A DNA stretch of 63,384 nt, counting the filler, from Reclinomonas americana ATCC 50394 (taxonomy: Eukaryota), in assembly GCA_048213135.1 (NCBI GenBank). It is 12 parts of 8 records of this genome, joined end to end, with 100 filler letters (N's around TTAATTAATTAA, not from the genome) between each part and the next. Parts side by side here need not be neighbours in the genome. Positions count along the whole stretch, not along the records: positions 19,067 to 27,318 come from PS015901.1; positions 27,419 to 28,849 come from PS015902.1; positions 28,950 to 33,261 come from PS015902.1; positions 33,362 to 39,060 come from PS015903.1; 8 more parts are not named here. One strand, given 5' to 3'. Every line of letters starts with the position of its first letter. The stretch's first letter is position 1. The notes under the pieces were generated by a model that saw nothing but the letters and a program-made list of their open reading frames with translations, searched no databases and was not told the origin of the DNA. The position numbers were made by a program, and so were the translations under genes. Below, piece after piece: positions 23,990 through 35,200 of the stretch.

Positions 23990-26900
23990 CGCGCGCGTGT
24001 GGTTGGCCTGCAACGTGGTGCGCGACCAGTGGCCTCTGCGCCGCCTCCTCCTCCTCCGCCTGCGCCCATTCCGCCGCCCATTGCGCCCAAGACACCGCCC
24101 TCGGCTGCGATGTCCGGCATGACGGCGACATCGCCTCCACCGGCGTCTTCCTCGTCAGGAGCGCACTCTCCGCTCTCGCACGACAGCGGCTACGCATCGC
24201 CGTTTAGCAGCGGTGGGACGCCGACCGCCGGTCAGCAGCAACAGCCGCGAAGCTCGACGTTGCCGCCAAGAAACGTCGACGATGGTGTGTTGGCGGTTCC
24301 GCTGCAGGAGGCAACGTCGACGTTGATTGATCGTATGCGTGGGCGCTCGGTGTCGTGCAAGGTCCAATCGATGCGCATTCGCAAGTCGTTGTCCCCGTCC
24401 TCTGCAGCGTTTCGTGTTGTGTCCGCCCTGCGCCACTCTCTGTTGTTATGGTTGCTTCTCATGCGCGTGTGCGATGGTTAGATTGATGGTGGCAGCTGAG
24501 CGACAGCAGAGTGGCGGCGATGCGGAGCCGATAATGGACAGTGATTCGGATTGGGGCGACGAGGACGATGAGGAGGATGGTGCTGGCGGTGATGAAGTGG
24601 GCGGAGCGGGTGCATCGGTGGTGCCGCGATTGGCGCTCGGGCAGCCGCGGCCTTCGCGGCATCAGTTGCATGCGCATCATCAACACCACCATCATCATCA
24701 TCATGTTCCGCGGACGGCCATCTCGCGGGCGTGGGAGCAGCAGCAGCAGGAGTTGTTGCAGCAGCTACAGGTGCTCCGCAATGCGCGGCGGGCGGTCGAG
24801 GTGGGTGATCATTCTCCTTTGCTCTCTGTCCCTCCTCGTGCTCATTTGCATACAGACCGATTCGCTGGACGAGGAGACGGCAGCTCCGTTGCTGGCCGAT
24901 CAGATGCTGTCGCCACGGCTGCAGCAGCTGGCGGCGCGAGGAGGGATTACACCGCGATCCAAGTCCTCCGCAGGTGCTTCCGCATCGTCGCCTCCGCAAC
25001 GTCAGTCGCCGCGGGCAGTCAGTGGCAACTCGCCACCGACGGTGCGCAGTGTGTGGGACTCGACGAAGCAGCGCGTGGTGGTGGAGAGCAGCGTGCATGT
25101 CAATGTGCAACCGGAGAATTCAGTGGCATCGACCGCGCGGCAAGCACCGTCGTACTCTGGGAGTTTTGCTGAGGCGCTGGCCGGTTCGAAAGATGTGGAG
25201 CCTGTGGAGGCGTACGGACACGAGCAGCATGAGGTGTATACGCCGCGTGGCGATTTGGTGACCGTGCATCGTGCTGCGGTACCACCACTTCCGTCGACGG
25301 TGCACGCTGAGGTGCCGCCGATGCAGGCGGCCGATGGCGTCTCGGCTCTGTTGGATCAGTTTGTGACGGCACCGACTGACCCCGAGGGTGCACGTGTGCG
25401 TGCCGAGGTGTTGCGCACTCTGCGCCAGGAGATGCGCTCGCGTGGCAACTCGCCGCTTGCGTCGCCTCGTGGTGCACCGTCGTCTGGCACCATGTCGGAA
25501 TCCGACATTACCTCGCCGCGACGCAAGCCTGGAGTTGCGTCTCGCACTCAGTTGGTATCTACGTGCGCGATGCTCACTTTGCTCTGCTATTTGCAGATCC
25601 CCGTCGAGGACATGATGCTGCTGTACTTGCAGTTGCAAGTGGAGAAGCACGGCATAGGCGCCACCTCGGTCACCTCGCCTCCTTCATCTTCATCAAAACA
25701 GCAGCAGCAGCAACACCAGCAACAGGTACCCACGGCCACCCATGCAATGCCGCCACCGGCGACGACCAATGTGGTGGTGGGAGCGGCCTCGGTGCTGTCG
25801 CCGCGCAGTCCGCTCAACCGGTCAGGCGACTCTCTGGGCGACTGGGGGTTGCGTCATTCTTTCTCACGAGAATCTTGTACAAGTGCCTGACGGTTGAAAT
25901 GATGCTGCAGCTCACCGCTTGCCGCCGATCCTTTGTTCTCACACGCCGACGCCGCGCTCATGCTGGAGGATATGGGTGCGTGTAGATGGAGGTTGTGGAT
26001 TGCGGTTGACCATAGTCAGCTCATCGTGTTGTGACGGCAGAGCAAGTGCGTCAAATGACTGGATTGGAGCCGTCGGCGTCGCTTGACGAGATCCGCGCGT
26101 TGACAGCGCGCATGCCGGTGGAAGGACCAGCATTCACCATGCTGACACCACGTACATTCACTTCCATTCGCGACCGTTGCGCTCGTTGTATCTATCGTTT
26201 GGTAGAGAAAAGAGGCTCATTGCTCTTGTGCAGTATCTCGTCTTGTGTCGCCCATGTACCACGTGGCTGGCGAGGAGTTCTTTGATGAGTCCGAATACCT
26301 CGGTACGTTTTGCAGTTCTTTATGTTGCCCCTCCATTTCTGCAAGTCGCTCATGTTGTGCGTCACCAGAGGATGAAGATGTGCTGCCGGTTCGTCCGCTG
26401 CGCCGCTCGCCTCCACGTTCGGCGGGGATCGCGCAGTCCACCACTCCACCTTCCGCCGCGTCCACCCGACGACCCGTGCAGTCAGAGGATGATGGTCTGT
26501 TGAATAAGAGTTTGTGATGCTTGAAGTGACTGTCGCTGAGGTGATGTTGCAGAGTCGTCAATGAGTGCCGCTGAGCGAATGCTGCTGACGGAGCAGACGG
26601 ATCCCGCGGTTTTGGCCATGCGAGCAAGCGTCGCCAGCCGAGCTGAGTCCCAGCCTCTGCCGCTCACTCCACCTGGTTCCACTGCGTCGCAGCCTGTGGG
26701 TAATGACGCTGCCGTGGCTGCATCGAGCGCTCCGGCACGACCAATGTCGGCACACGCTGGTTTGTTTGGCAATGTTGTGCACTTCATTGCTGTTGATGTG
26801 ATGCTGATGACGCCGCAGAAATGGTCGCCTCTCGTGCGTCGGCGCTGATGAGCCGCACTGCCAATTTGCGCACCACCGGCTCCCCCTCGGGTGGCCAGCC

Positions 26901-27318
26901 GCCTTCACCTGTTGTTGCTGCGCCAGTGGTGGCCGCCCCCGAACCGCCGCTGCCCAATGTTGGCGCGGCAAGCGCAATGTTGAGGAGAACGGCACCAAAG
27001 CCGCCTCCACCACCGGCTTCCATCGCTGCTCCCGAACCACCACTGCCGAATATCGGTGCGGCGAGTGCGATGCTGAGGAGGACGGCACCGAAACCAGCAG
27101 CACCACCTGCGCCGGTGGAGCCGCCAGCTCCTGTCGCTGCTCCCGAACCACCATTGCCAAACATTGGTGCGGCCAGTGCGATGTTGAGGAGGACTGCGCC
27201 GAAGCCCGCAGCACCACCTGCGCCAGTGGAACCGCCTGCACCTGTCGCTGCCCCCGAACCACCACTGCCGAACATCGGTGCGGCGAGCGCAATGCTGAGG
27301 AGGGCGGCACCAAAGCCG
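23990..27318 (+). CDS. Large Pro/Ser-rich multi-exon protein with tandem WH2-like repeats (3' truncated by gap)
   Basis: Chain of open GC-rich exons with GT-AG boundaries. Four repeats of APEPPLPN(I/V)GAASAMLRR(T/A)APKP at ~26935-27318. Start not resolved. Confidence 0.6.
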
Positions 27319-27418
27319 NNNNNNNNNNNNNNNNNNNNNNNNNNNNNNNNNNNNNNNNNNNNTTAATTAATTAANNNNNNNNNNNNNNNNNNNNNNNNNN
27401 NNNNNNNNNNNNNNNNNN

Positions 27419-27523
27419 CTGGTCCGCCGTGTGGTCGACGCCTATGCCTTTGTGCTGGCCACGGAGGAGGTCGACGTGGGCATTTTGGACCAGATGGTGA
27501 CCGAGGTGCTCGACGAGTGTGAG
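27419..27523 (+). CDS. Exon fragment of an unknown protein (LVRRVVDAYAFVLATEEVDVGILDQMVTEVLDECE)
   Basis: Open frame ending at a gtatgt donor. Confidence 0.4.
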
Positions 27524-28153
27524 GTATGTTATTGATCGTTCTGTGTGTGTGTGTGTGTGTGTGTGCGAATGATGCCTGTGTCTCACTCACTCGTTGCCTG
27601 TGCAGCAATAAGCTGTAACACAGTTTTTGAAACAGAAACGAATGCGATTTGGAATGTACAACACACGAGAGAGTGCCGTGCTTGTACAAGAAGGGAGGAG
27701 CAGGGGAGAGGGAGGAGGAATGCGAAAGGAGTGTCGTGATTGCTCTACAGGTGGTCATGGGATGTCAATCATTGCTGCGCTTCACAGAAGATGTCATGAT
27801 CGTTTTGGATCTCGTCACTGTGCTATAACAGGTTGGACTTGGTCATCAAGACAGCTGTTGCTTGCTTGTTGGTGACAGAATTGGTGTTGATGAGGGAGAA
27901 CCCTATGTGCTTTGTATATTGTTGGTGCGCCAAGGTCATTGTCGGCAAGGGATTTGTGGACGATTGTCGCATTATTGGAATGTTGCCTTGCAGAACCGGA
28001 GCGAAGTTTCCTCATGTCAAGTCTCTCTGAGAACGAGCAAGCAAATACGCGATTAACAGCAGGTGTCTTTAGTGTACTACTTGAGGAGCTCTATCAAGAG
28101 AACTGCTTGAGTCCTCCCTGTGTCCTCTTGATTGCAATCAGTCAGAGAGAAAA

Positions 28154-28471
28154 ATGCGCGCGTTGACCCCCATTTTCCTCGCTTTCCTCTTGCTTCTTGT
28201 GCAATTATGGTGTGCCTCGGCTGCTCCAGAGGGCTACACTGCGACTCCGGTGGGATACATCCTCTCAGAGTGTGTGCGCGACATTCCCTCGGGTGAGAGA
28301 GAGAAGAGAGAGTGCTCGGAGAAATGCAGAGAGAGAGAGAGACAGACATGTATGCAAGCATGAGAGACAAGAAGAGTAAGACACACACAGACAGAGAGAG
28401 AAAGAGAGTGCGTGTGAGAGAGACAGGCAGAGAGAGAGAGTCATGCATGCAGGAAGAATGAGAAGAGTCAG

Positions 28472-28507
<36 letters not shown>

Positions 28508-28848
28508 CCATGCATGCAGGAAGAATGAGAGAAAGACACACTCGCTCACTCACTCACTCTCACTCTCTCACTCTCCCTGCCTTCCTCCCTTTCCTCTCTC
28601 CTTGAACCCTTCCCTCTCTCACATTCTCACTCACTCTCACTCTCTCGCATTCACTCACTGTTCCCTCCTCTCTCTCCTTCTCTGCCCTTCCCATTCTCAA
28701 CCCTCTCACCTCCTTTTCTTCTCTCTTTCCCTCACCTTCCCTTCTCCCTCCCTTCTCCTTCCCTCTCTCTCTCTCTCTCTCCACACAGGCGCAACCGTGC
28801 ACGAACGCGACACTGACATCCTCATTACTCGCGTCGACGGGACCACCT
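28154..28848 (+). CDS. Secreted protein, N-terminal part (2 exons, truncated by gap)
   Basis: Signal peptide MRALTPIFLAFLLLLVQLWCASA, then YTATPVGYILSECVRDIPS|GATVHE; exons 28154-28292 and 28789-28848. Confidence 0.7.
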
Positions 28849-28949
28849 ANNNNNNNNNNNNNNNNNNNNNNNNNNNNNNNNNNNNNNNNNNNNTTAATTA
28901 ATTAANNNNNNNNNNNNNNNNNNNNNNNNNNNNNNNNNNNNNNNNNNNN

Positions 28950-30035
28950 CCGCCAGTTGCGCCACGACAGCGGCATGGTTGCGGAACGCATCGGCGCGCA
29001 ACTGGTACTTCATGGCCTCGGCGGCGCACACCACGGCCGTCATCTCGGCCGACAGCGCCAACGCCGGGTGCGCCACAATCACCGCCGCCACAAACGCCTC
29101 CGCCTCCGCGTTCATCTCTTCCGCCGTCATGCGATAGTCACGAAACAAGTCGCCGTCGTAAGCCGTGATGGCCGGTTTCTGATCCTGCCCACAAAGCGCA
29201 CACGGCTGCTGGTGCGGGTGTCGGTGGTCCACAGCGCGTCGCTTCAGCGGCGGTGGCGACACAGACCCATCGCTCAACGTCGACTCATCCCCGCTGACAC
29301 TGCCTCGCATCGGCAACGGCGGCGGCACTGATCGCGCGCGCTTACGTGCCGGCGACAACGTAATACGTCCTCCCCCCTCCTGCGGCTGCTCCTGCTCCTG
29401 CTGTTTCCGCTGCTGCGCCATCAGCTGCTGCCGCACGCTCTCCAACAACTCCTGCTCCTGCTCCTTGCGCCGCTCCCTGCTCACGCGCGACCGCGTGTTC
29501 TGAAACCAATTGCTGATCTTGCTCGCCGTCGTGCCCACCCGCACGGCCAGCGCCTGCCGCTCCGCACGGTCCGGGTAGCTCTGTGTCTCAAACATCTTGC
29601 GCAAGAATCCCACCTGTGCTTACACGTCATCAATCTCCGCTCCCCTCAAAGTCGCGCGTGTTACAACGTGGGACGACATGCCTGCGCCTTGCTGAACCGC
29701 GACTTGCGCTCCTCATAGACCGGCTCATTCAGCCCATCCTCATCATCATCATCAGCATCATCATCACCAGTTACAGCAACACGTGCTTCCTCATGTGCAC
29801 GACCTCCACCACCTGCAGGTGCGGATAAGGCGCGGATAGGTGTCGTGGTTATCGTTGTAGTTGTAGTGATAGATTCCCCTTGTTGTTGCTGTTGCTGCTG
29901 CTGACGTGGTAGTGTTGATGAGGAGGAGGAATGATGTTGTTGGCGGCTGACAGGCAGCGCAGATTCTCCTCTGTCTGCTTCTGGACTGCTGGGTGCGCCA
30001 GCTGATGATGTCACTTCGATCACGCGTCGACTCAT
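28950..30035 (-). CDS. Homeodomain transcription factor (3' truncated by gap)
   Basis: RKSRFSKAQ|VGFLRKMFETQSYPDRAERQALAVRVGTTASKISNWFQNTRSR; exons 30035-29682 and 29613-28950. Confidence 0.9.
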
Positions 30036-31306
30036 TCACTAATGACTTTTCTCTCTCTGTCTCTGTGTGTGTGTGTGTGTGCGTGTGTGTCTGTGTGTCT
30101 GTGTGAGAGAGAGAGAGATGAGAGAGCAACCAAGATTCAGATACTGTGATAGTAGACAAGCTGTAATTGCCAGTTGTTGTGTGCGCGCGTGTGTGAGTCA
30201 ATGTGAGTGTGCACACATACACACACACACACAGAGTGAGTGGCGAGGAGGAGAGCGCGCGTGTGCGAGAGAGTGAGAGAGTGGAGCGAGGTGTGCGTGC
30301 GCGAAAAGCAGACTAGTATATGCACACACACAGGACTTTTATTCGGTGCGGTCGTCGCACATTCCAAATGTGGATGGACAAGACACGATGGCGGTGTGTG
30401 GGTACCGTGACGCGTTTGTTTCTATATGTGGGGCAGTTAAGGTGTGTCGCGTTTGGGAGCGGGTAGAACGTCGCATGCGCTGTGTTCACGCGCTTTGTGT
30501 GAGGTGTTCGGACGCGCGGTGACCATATTGCCTGTTTCCCTTGTCTGGTTTTTCAATGGCGGCCAATTGCCACTGCGGCTCGTGGCGGTGCCGCGGTGAG
30601 TAGATTGAGAAGTGAGCGAGACGAATTGTACATGTACACATACAATTCTTTGCGCGCGAAGTACATCAATAAAACTGCATTTATTTCTTCTTTCTCCAGA
30701 GTGGGTGACGCAGTGCACGTGGCAGGACGGCTACAAAGAGCGCACGGTATGGTGTGCTGCAAGGTGACGGCGGCGGCGCACAGGAAGCGGGAATGGAAGG
30801 CGATTCGGGGACATCTATATGCGCAAATATCGATCGTGATACATCGATTCCCGTATGACACGCGGAGCAGCATATGCAGACAGCATATGCGCAAGGAAAC
30901 AGAGAGAAGTCTGCATAAATGAGGCGGCGCACAGGAAGTGAGGGTGGTGGGCTTGCCAGCTGCGATCCTGGGACTGCATGCACGCAGGTAAATTTACTGG
31001 TACATATGCATTCAATAATCGATATCGCGATCGCGATCGATTCCTGCATGGCAGCTGTATATGCATAGGAACCAGAGAAGCGAGTCTCCCTGTCTCTCTC
31101 ACACACATACACACGCTCGCGCAACGCACTGCTGCCACGCCACTCCCGACAACAATGACAGGACGCGCGACGGAATTATTTTTGGTCGGGACGATTTCGA
31201 TTCTCGCCGCGGACAGGAGCAACAAGCCTCTCTCTCTCTTACCCTCCTCTGCCTCCATCACACTCGCCTGCACACACCACACACGCGGGAGCATAACAAG
31301 GAGCAA

Positions 31307-33179
31307 ATGACACGACACAAGAATCGCCTCCACGCGTCACCATCCTCGCGATCTCTCACCAACTGTTGCGCACACGAGAAAGCTGAGAGAGATGCTCACC
31401 ACTCGCAGTCGACGTCCACGTTTCTTACACTTCTTCTCTCTTCCACTCCCTCCACGTCGCTGTTTGCGTCGTTACACAGCTGCTGCTGCTGCTGTGTGTG
31501 AGCAGTCGGCGAGTCTTGTCCGCGTTCGATTCCGCGTCACTCGAGTGCTTCCGTTTGGTCAGCGATTGGTGCTGGTGGGCGCCCATGAGAGACTTGTTGC
31601 GTACATGCGGAAGGAGAGGCACTATGTCTGTGAGAGAAGGGCGTGCTGATCGCATTCCGCACTGCAGGGCGAGTGGAATACTGAACGAGCAGTGCCACTA
31701 CATTGGACCGAGGGACATGTGTGGCGATCGCCCGCTGTCGAGGTTACAACATTGTATTTTCTTCGCCTACTGCTCCACCTATGTCACTCACTTTCTTCGG
31801 TGGCGACAGCTTCCTGCGCGTCAGTCACTGGCCTGCAAACTGGCCGCGGTTTGGGACGGTGGCGTGCAATGGGAACGCGGACCCGATCGCCTGATCGAGG
31901 TGCCGACTGCTGGCGAGGGCGAAGTGCACGTGTTGGAGTGTCTGTGGGAGCCACGCGATGTTACGCTGCGAGTGCACAAGCATGTGCCGCACGGACGCGT
32001 GTTGGCGGTGTGCGGATCGTTACCGGTGCTGGGCGAGTGGGATGCGGGGCGGGCCTTGCGCATGGTGTGGAGTGCGGGTGATGTGTGGTCGTGTCGACTG
32101 GTGGTGGCCTCGCTCGATGGAGAGCAGCAGGCCGCGGTGCTGTACAAGTTCTTGATATTACCGGTGGTGGAGTCGTCGTCGTCGGCGGCCAGTGCGGCGG
32201 CCGCTGTTGAGGAGGTGCTTGAAGCAGGGAAAGGGCTTTCTGCATCTCTCTTGCCTTGTGTGCTTAATTATTCTGGGTGCAGGCACCTGTGCCTGCGATT
32301 TGGGAGGGCGGAGAAGACCGCCGCCTCGTGTTGAAGGATGCCGAAGTCGGCACACCGTACCTCGCACCGATTCAGGAGTGGGTGCGTGCACGCCCTCGCT
32401 TCTTCATCTCCTCCTCCTTCTCGTCCTCAGTCTCCTTCTTCATCTTCTTCTTCTCGTCCTCCTCCTCCTTCTCCTCCTCCTCCTCCTCCTCCTCCTCCTC
32501 CTCCTCCTCCTCCTCGCCCTCCTCCTCCTCCTCGCCCTCCTCCTCCTCCTCTGTCATCCACGTGCTCACTCCACTCACCACGCGCAGCACGATCGACTGC
32601 TCATTCGTCTCCGTGCCAAGCTGCCACCAACAGTGTCAGCTGCGCGGCTTGCGGTGTGTGGTTCGCGCACAGAGTTTGGTCAGTGGAGACCAGAAGACGC
32701 GGCGCCCATGGTGGAAGTGAGCGCGGGCCTGTACGAGTGTCCACGCGCGGTGCCGATGACGGCGGGTGACGCCGAAAAAGTGGCGTTCAAGTTTATTTTA
32801 CGGGCGCAAGACCACGAGCGTGTGGCCTGGCTGGATGTGGAGAACCGGCACGTGAGCTTGCATCACATTTCGTGGGACGGCATTGTCGAGTTTCGACTCT
32901 CGGAGAGTGAGCTGGAGGCGGCACGATCGGCACAGGTCTTTACCCCGGAAGTCGTCTCTCTCTCTCGCGTGCCCTCTCTTTGTGTGCTCACCACATTAGC
33001 AGGTGACAGACGCACTCGAGGCCACCAATCTGTGCCGCCTGTGCTGCGATGCTCCGCTGCAGGCCGCACTGGATCCGTGCGGTCATTTTGGCATGTGTCT
33101 GGCCTGTGCACGAAACGTGCGCGTGTGTCCCTTTTGCCGGCAGCGCATCAAGGCGGTGCTGCCGATTTTTAAGCCGTGA
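31307..33179 (+). CDS. Triple CBM20 (starch/glycogen-binding) protein with C-terminal C3HC4 RING finger
   Basis: CBM20-1: VRFRVTRVLPFGQRLVLVGAHERL|GEWNTERAVPLHWTEGHVW...VQWERGPDR. CBM20-2: LAVCGSLPVLGEWDAGRALRMVWSAGDVW..YKF..WEGGEDR. CBM20-3: LAVCGSRTEFGQWRPEDAAPM..FKF..WLDVENR. A phase-0 intron at 32936-33002 joins final exon 33003-33179, LCRLCCDAPLQAALDPCGHFGMCLACARNVRVCPFCRQRIKAVLPIFKP*. Start codon tentative. Confidence 0.85.
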
Positions 33180-33983
33180 GAGTATAAGTGTGCCGTCATC
33201 TTTAATTATAAATCGACGACGAAACCAGAGACAGCTCTACTGCGCACCGTCTCTCCCACCTNNNNNNNNNNNNNNNNNNNNNNNNNNNNNNNNNNNNNNN
33301 NNNNNTTAATTAATTAANNNNNNNNNNNNNNNNNNNNNNNNNNNNNNNNNNNNNNNNNNNNTTTGGCATTTCCTCTCTCTCTCTCCCCTGATTCTCACAC
33401 ACGTGAAAGAGGTGAGGAAGAAAGAGGGACAGGAGGAAACAACAGAAAAAAAGACCATTTGAGTACAATCACACTGAGACTTGCCACTTGCAAACACTCG
33501 CTGGTTGTGCATGATCACTACTGATCAACAGCAATGATAAGCAGGTGCTCATACCCCAAGCAAGAGAGGAGAGGAAGAGACAAACAGCCAAGGAGAGAAT
33601 ATTTCTCAACCCATTCTCAATCCCTCTCCAATTGGTGAAAAGAGGAAGAGAAACAGAGACATGCGACAAATGGAAGCCCCAATCATCCGCACACCAGGCG
33701 AGAGAGGAGAGGGAAAGATGGGGACAGCATACGAGAGCAATGCACATACAAAGAGCAAACAGAGAAGATTTCTCCATCCATTCTCAATCCCTCTCCACTT
33801 GGCGAAAAGAGGAATGGACGGAGAAACAGGATGCGGGAAATGGAACCCGCACCCCAGGCGAGAGAGGAGGGGAAAGATGAAGACAGCACACGACGGCCAT
33901 GCACATACAAAGCAAAAAACAAACAAGTAAGACGAATATCCCCCTTTCCATCCTCCTCTCCCTCCTCCTTCCCGCGCACTCAC

Positions 33984-34779
33984 GTTATGCAAATCAAAGG
34001 CCCCACTGCCGAGGAACACATTCGAATCCGGGCAGTGAGCCACCGCCGCGCCACTGGCCTCGAAGCGATCCCACTCCGAGTCCGTCAGGTAACAGCAATG
34101 CGCGTACACACTTTTCTTGTGCACCATGCCGGCGCGCTCGTACACCTGCAAGTAGTCCTCGGCGTCGAACGAGTTCTTGGCAATGTCGACCTCGTCGGGG
34201 TTCTCGCCCAGGTGCGTGGTGACCCACAGATCGTGCTCACGCGCAAAGTCCGCGGCCGCCGACATGAGGTCGCTGGTGCAGGAGAGCGCGAAGCGCGGAA
34301 TCACCGCCAGCTGGATGCGATTGTGGTTGTGTCCGTGCCACTTGTGCAGCAGTCCCTGCAGACCGGCCAACGCCTCCTCCTTGTGCACAATCAGGTCCTC
34401 GGGGCACGCACGATCCATCAGCACCGGTCCACCAATGACACGCATGCCGACACGCGCGCACTCCTCAAACAGCGCATGCGAGGAGCCGGCATGCACCGAG
34501 CCGTACACCATGGCCAGCGTGGTGCCAGCGCCCACCAGCGAGGCGACAAAGGCACGCGCCATCTCCGAGGCGTGCGCAGGGTCACGGTACAGTGATTCTT
34601 CCGGGAAGGTAGAGTATTTGAGCCAGTCGAGCACTGGAGTCGGATGAGGTGAGCAGAGCGAGAGAGAGAGAGAGGCCAAGGAAGCGTGCGAGTGAACGCA
34701 ACGAGGTCCCGAGGCAGCGCCGCCGATTCGAATTTGCGGGAAATGCACGTGGCAGTCGATGAACGAGGGCAGGAGGAAG
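33984..34779 (-). CDS. guaD: Guanine deaminase (amidohydrolase superfamily), internal exons
   Basis: FIDCHVHFPQ (HxH), LLDWLKYSTFPEE, GTT, AVIPRFALSCT, THLGEN..E, YAHC, HCPDSN.FLGSG; exons 34779-34703 and 34633-33984. Confidence 0.9.
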
Positions 34780-34919
34780 CTGAGTGGGGGAGGGAAAGAG
34801 TGAGAAATGGGGAGAATATCGGAATCTCGCTCACAATGTCGACGGTGTGAGAGTGAGAAAGTGTGCAAAGGCGACGTCTAAAGCGACAACTAAGTCTGCA
34901 CGTGCATGACAAAGGGTTC

Positions 34920-35200
34920 GAGTGTGAAAAGTGTGTGAAAGAGTGTGAAAGTGTGTGAAAGTGTGTGAAAGTGTGTGAAAGTGAGTGAGTGAGCGAGTGA
35001 GTGTAAAGTGTGAGAAAGTGTGAGAAAGTGTGTAAGAGTGTGTAAAAGTGTGTAAAAGTGTGTGAAAGTGTGTGAAGTGTGTGAAAGTGTGTGAAGTGTG
35101 TGAAAGTGTGTGAAAGTGTCGAAGTGTGAGAACGTGTGAGAGTGTGTGTGTGTGTGAGTGAGTGAGTGAGTGAGTGAGTGAGTGAGTGAGTGAGTGAGAG
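34920..35200. repeat. Degenerate (GTGTGAAA-like)n and (GAGT)n satellite
   Basis: Direct reading. Confidence 0.85.

Noticed and set aside
26784..27275. Gly/Ala-rich minus-strand ORF resembling PE-PGRS or silk proteins (also 17096-17473)
   Set aside because: Antisense shadows of Pro/Ala-rich coding repeats on the opposite strand.
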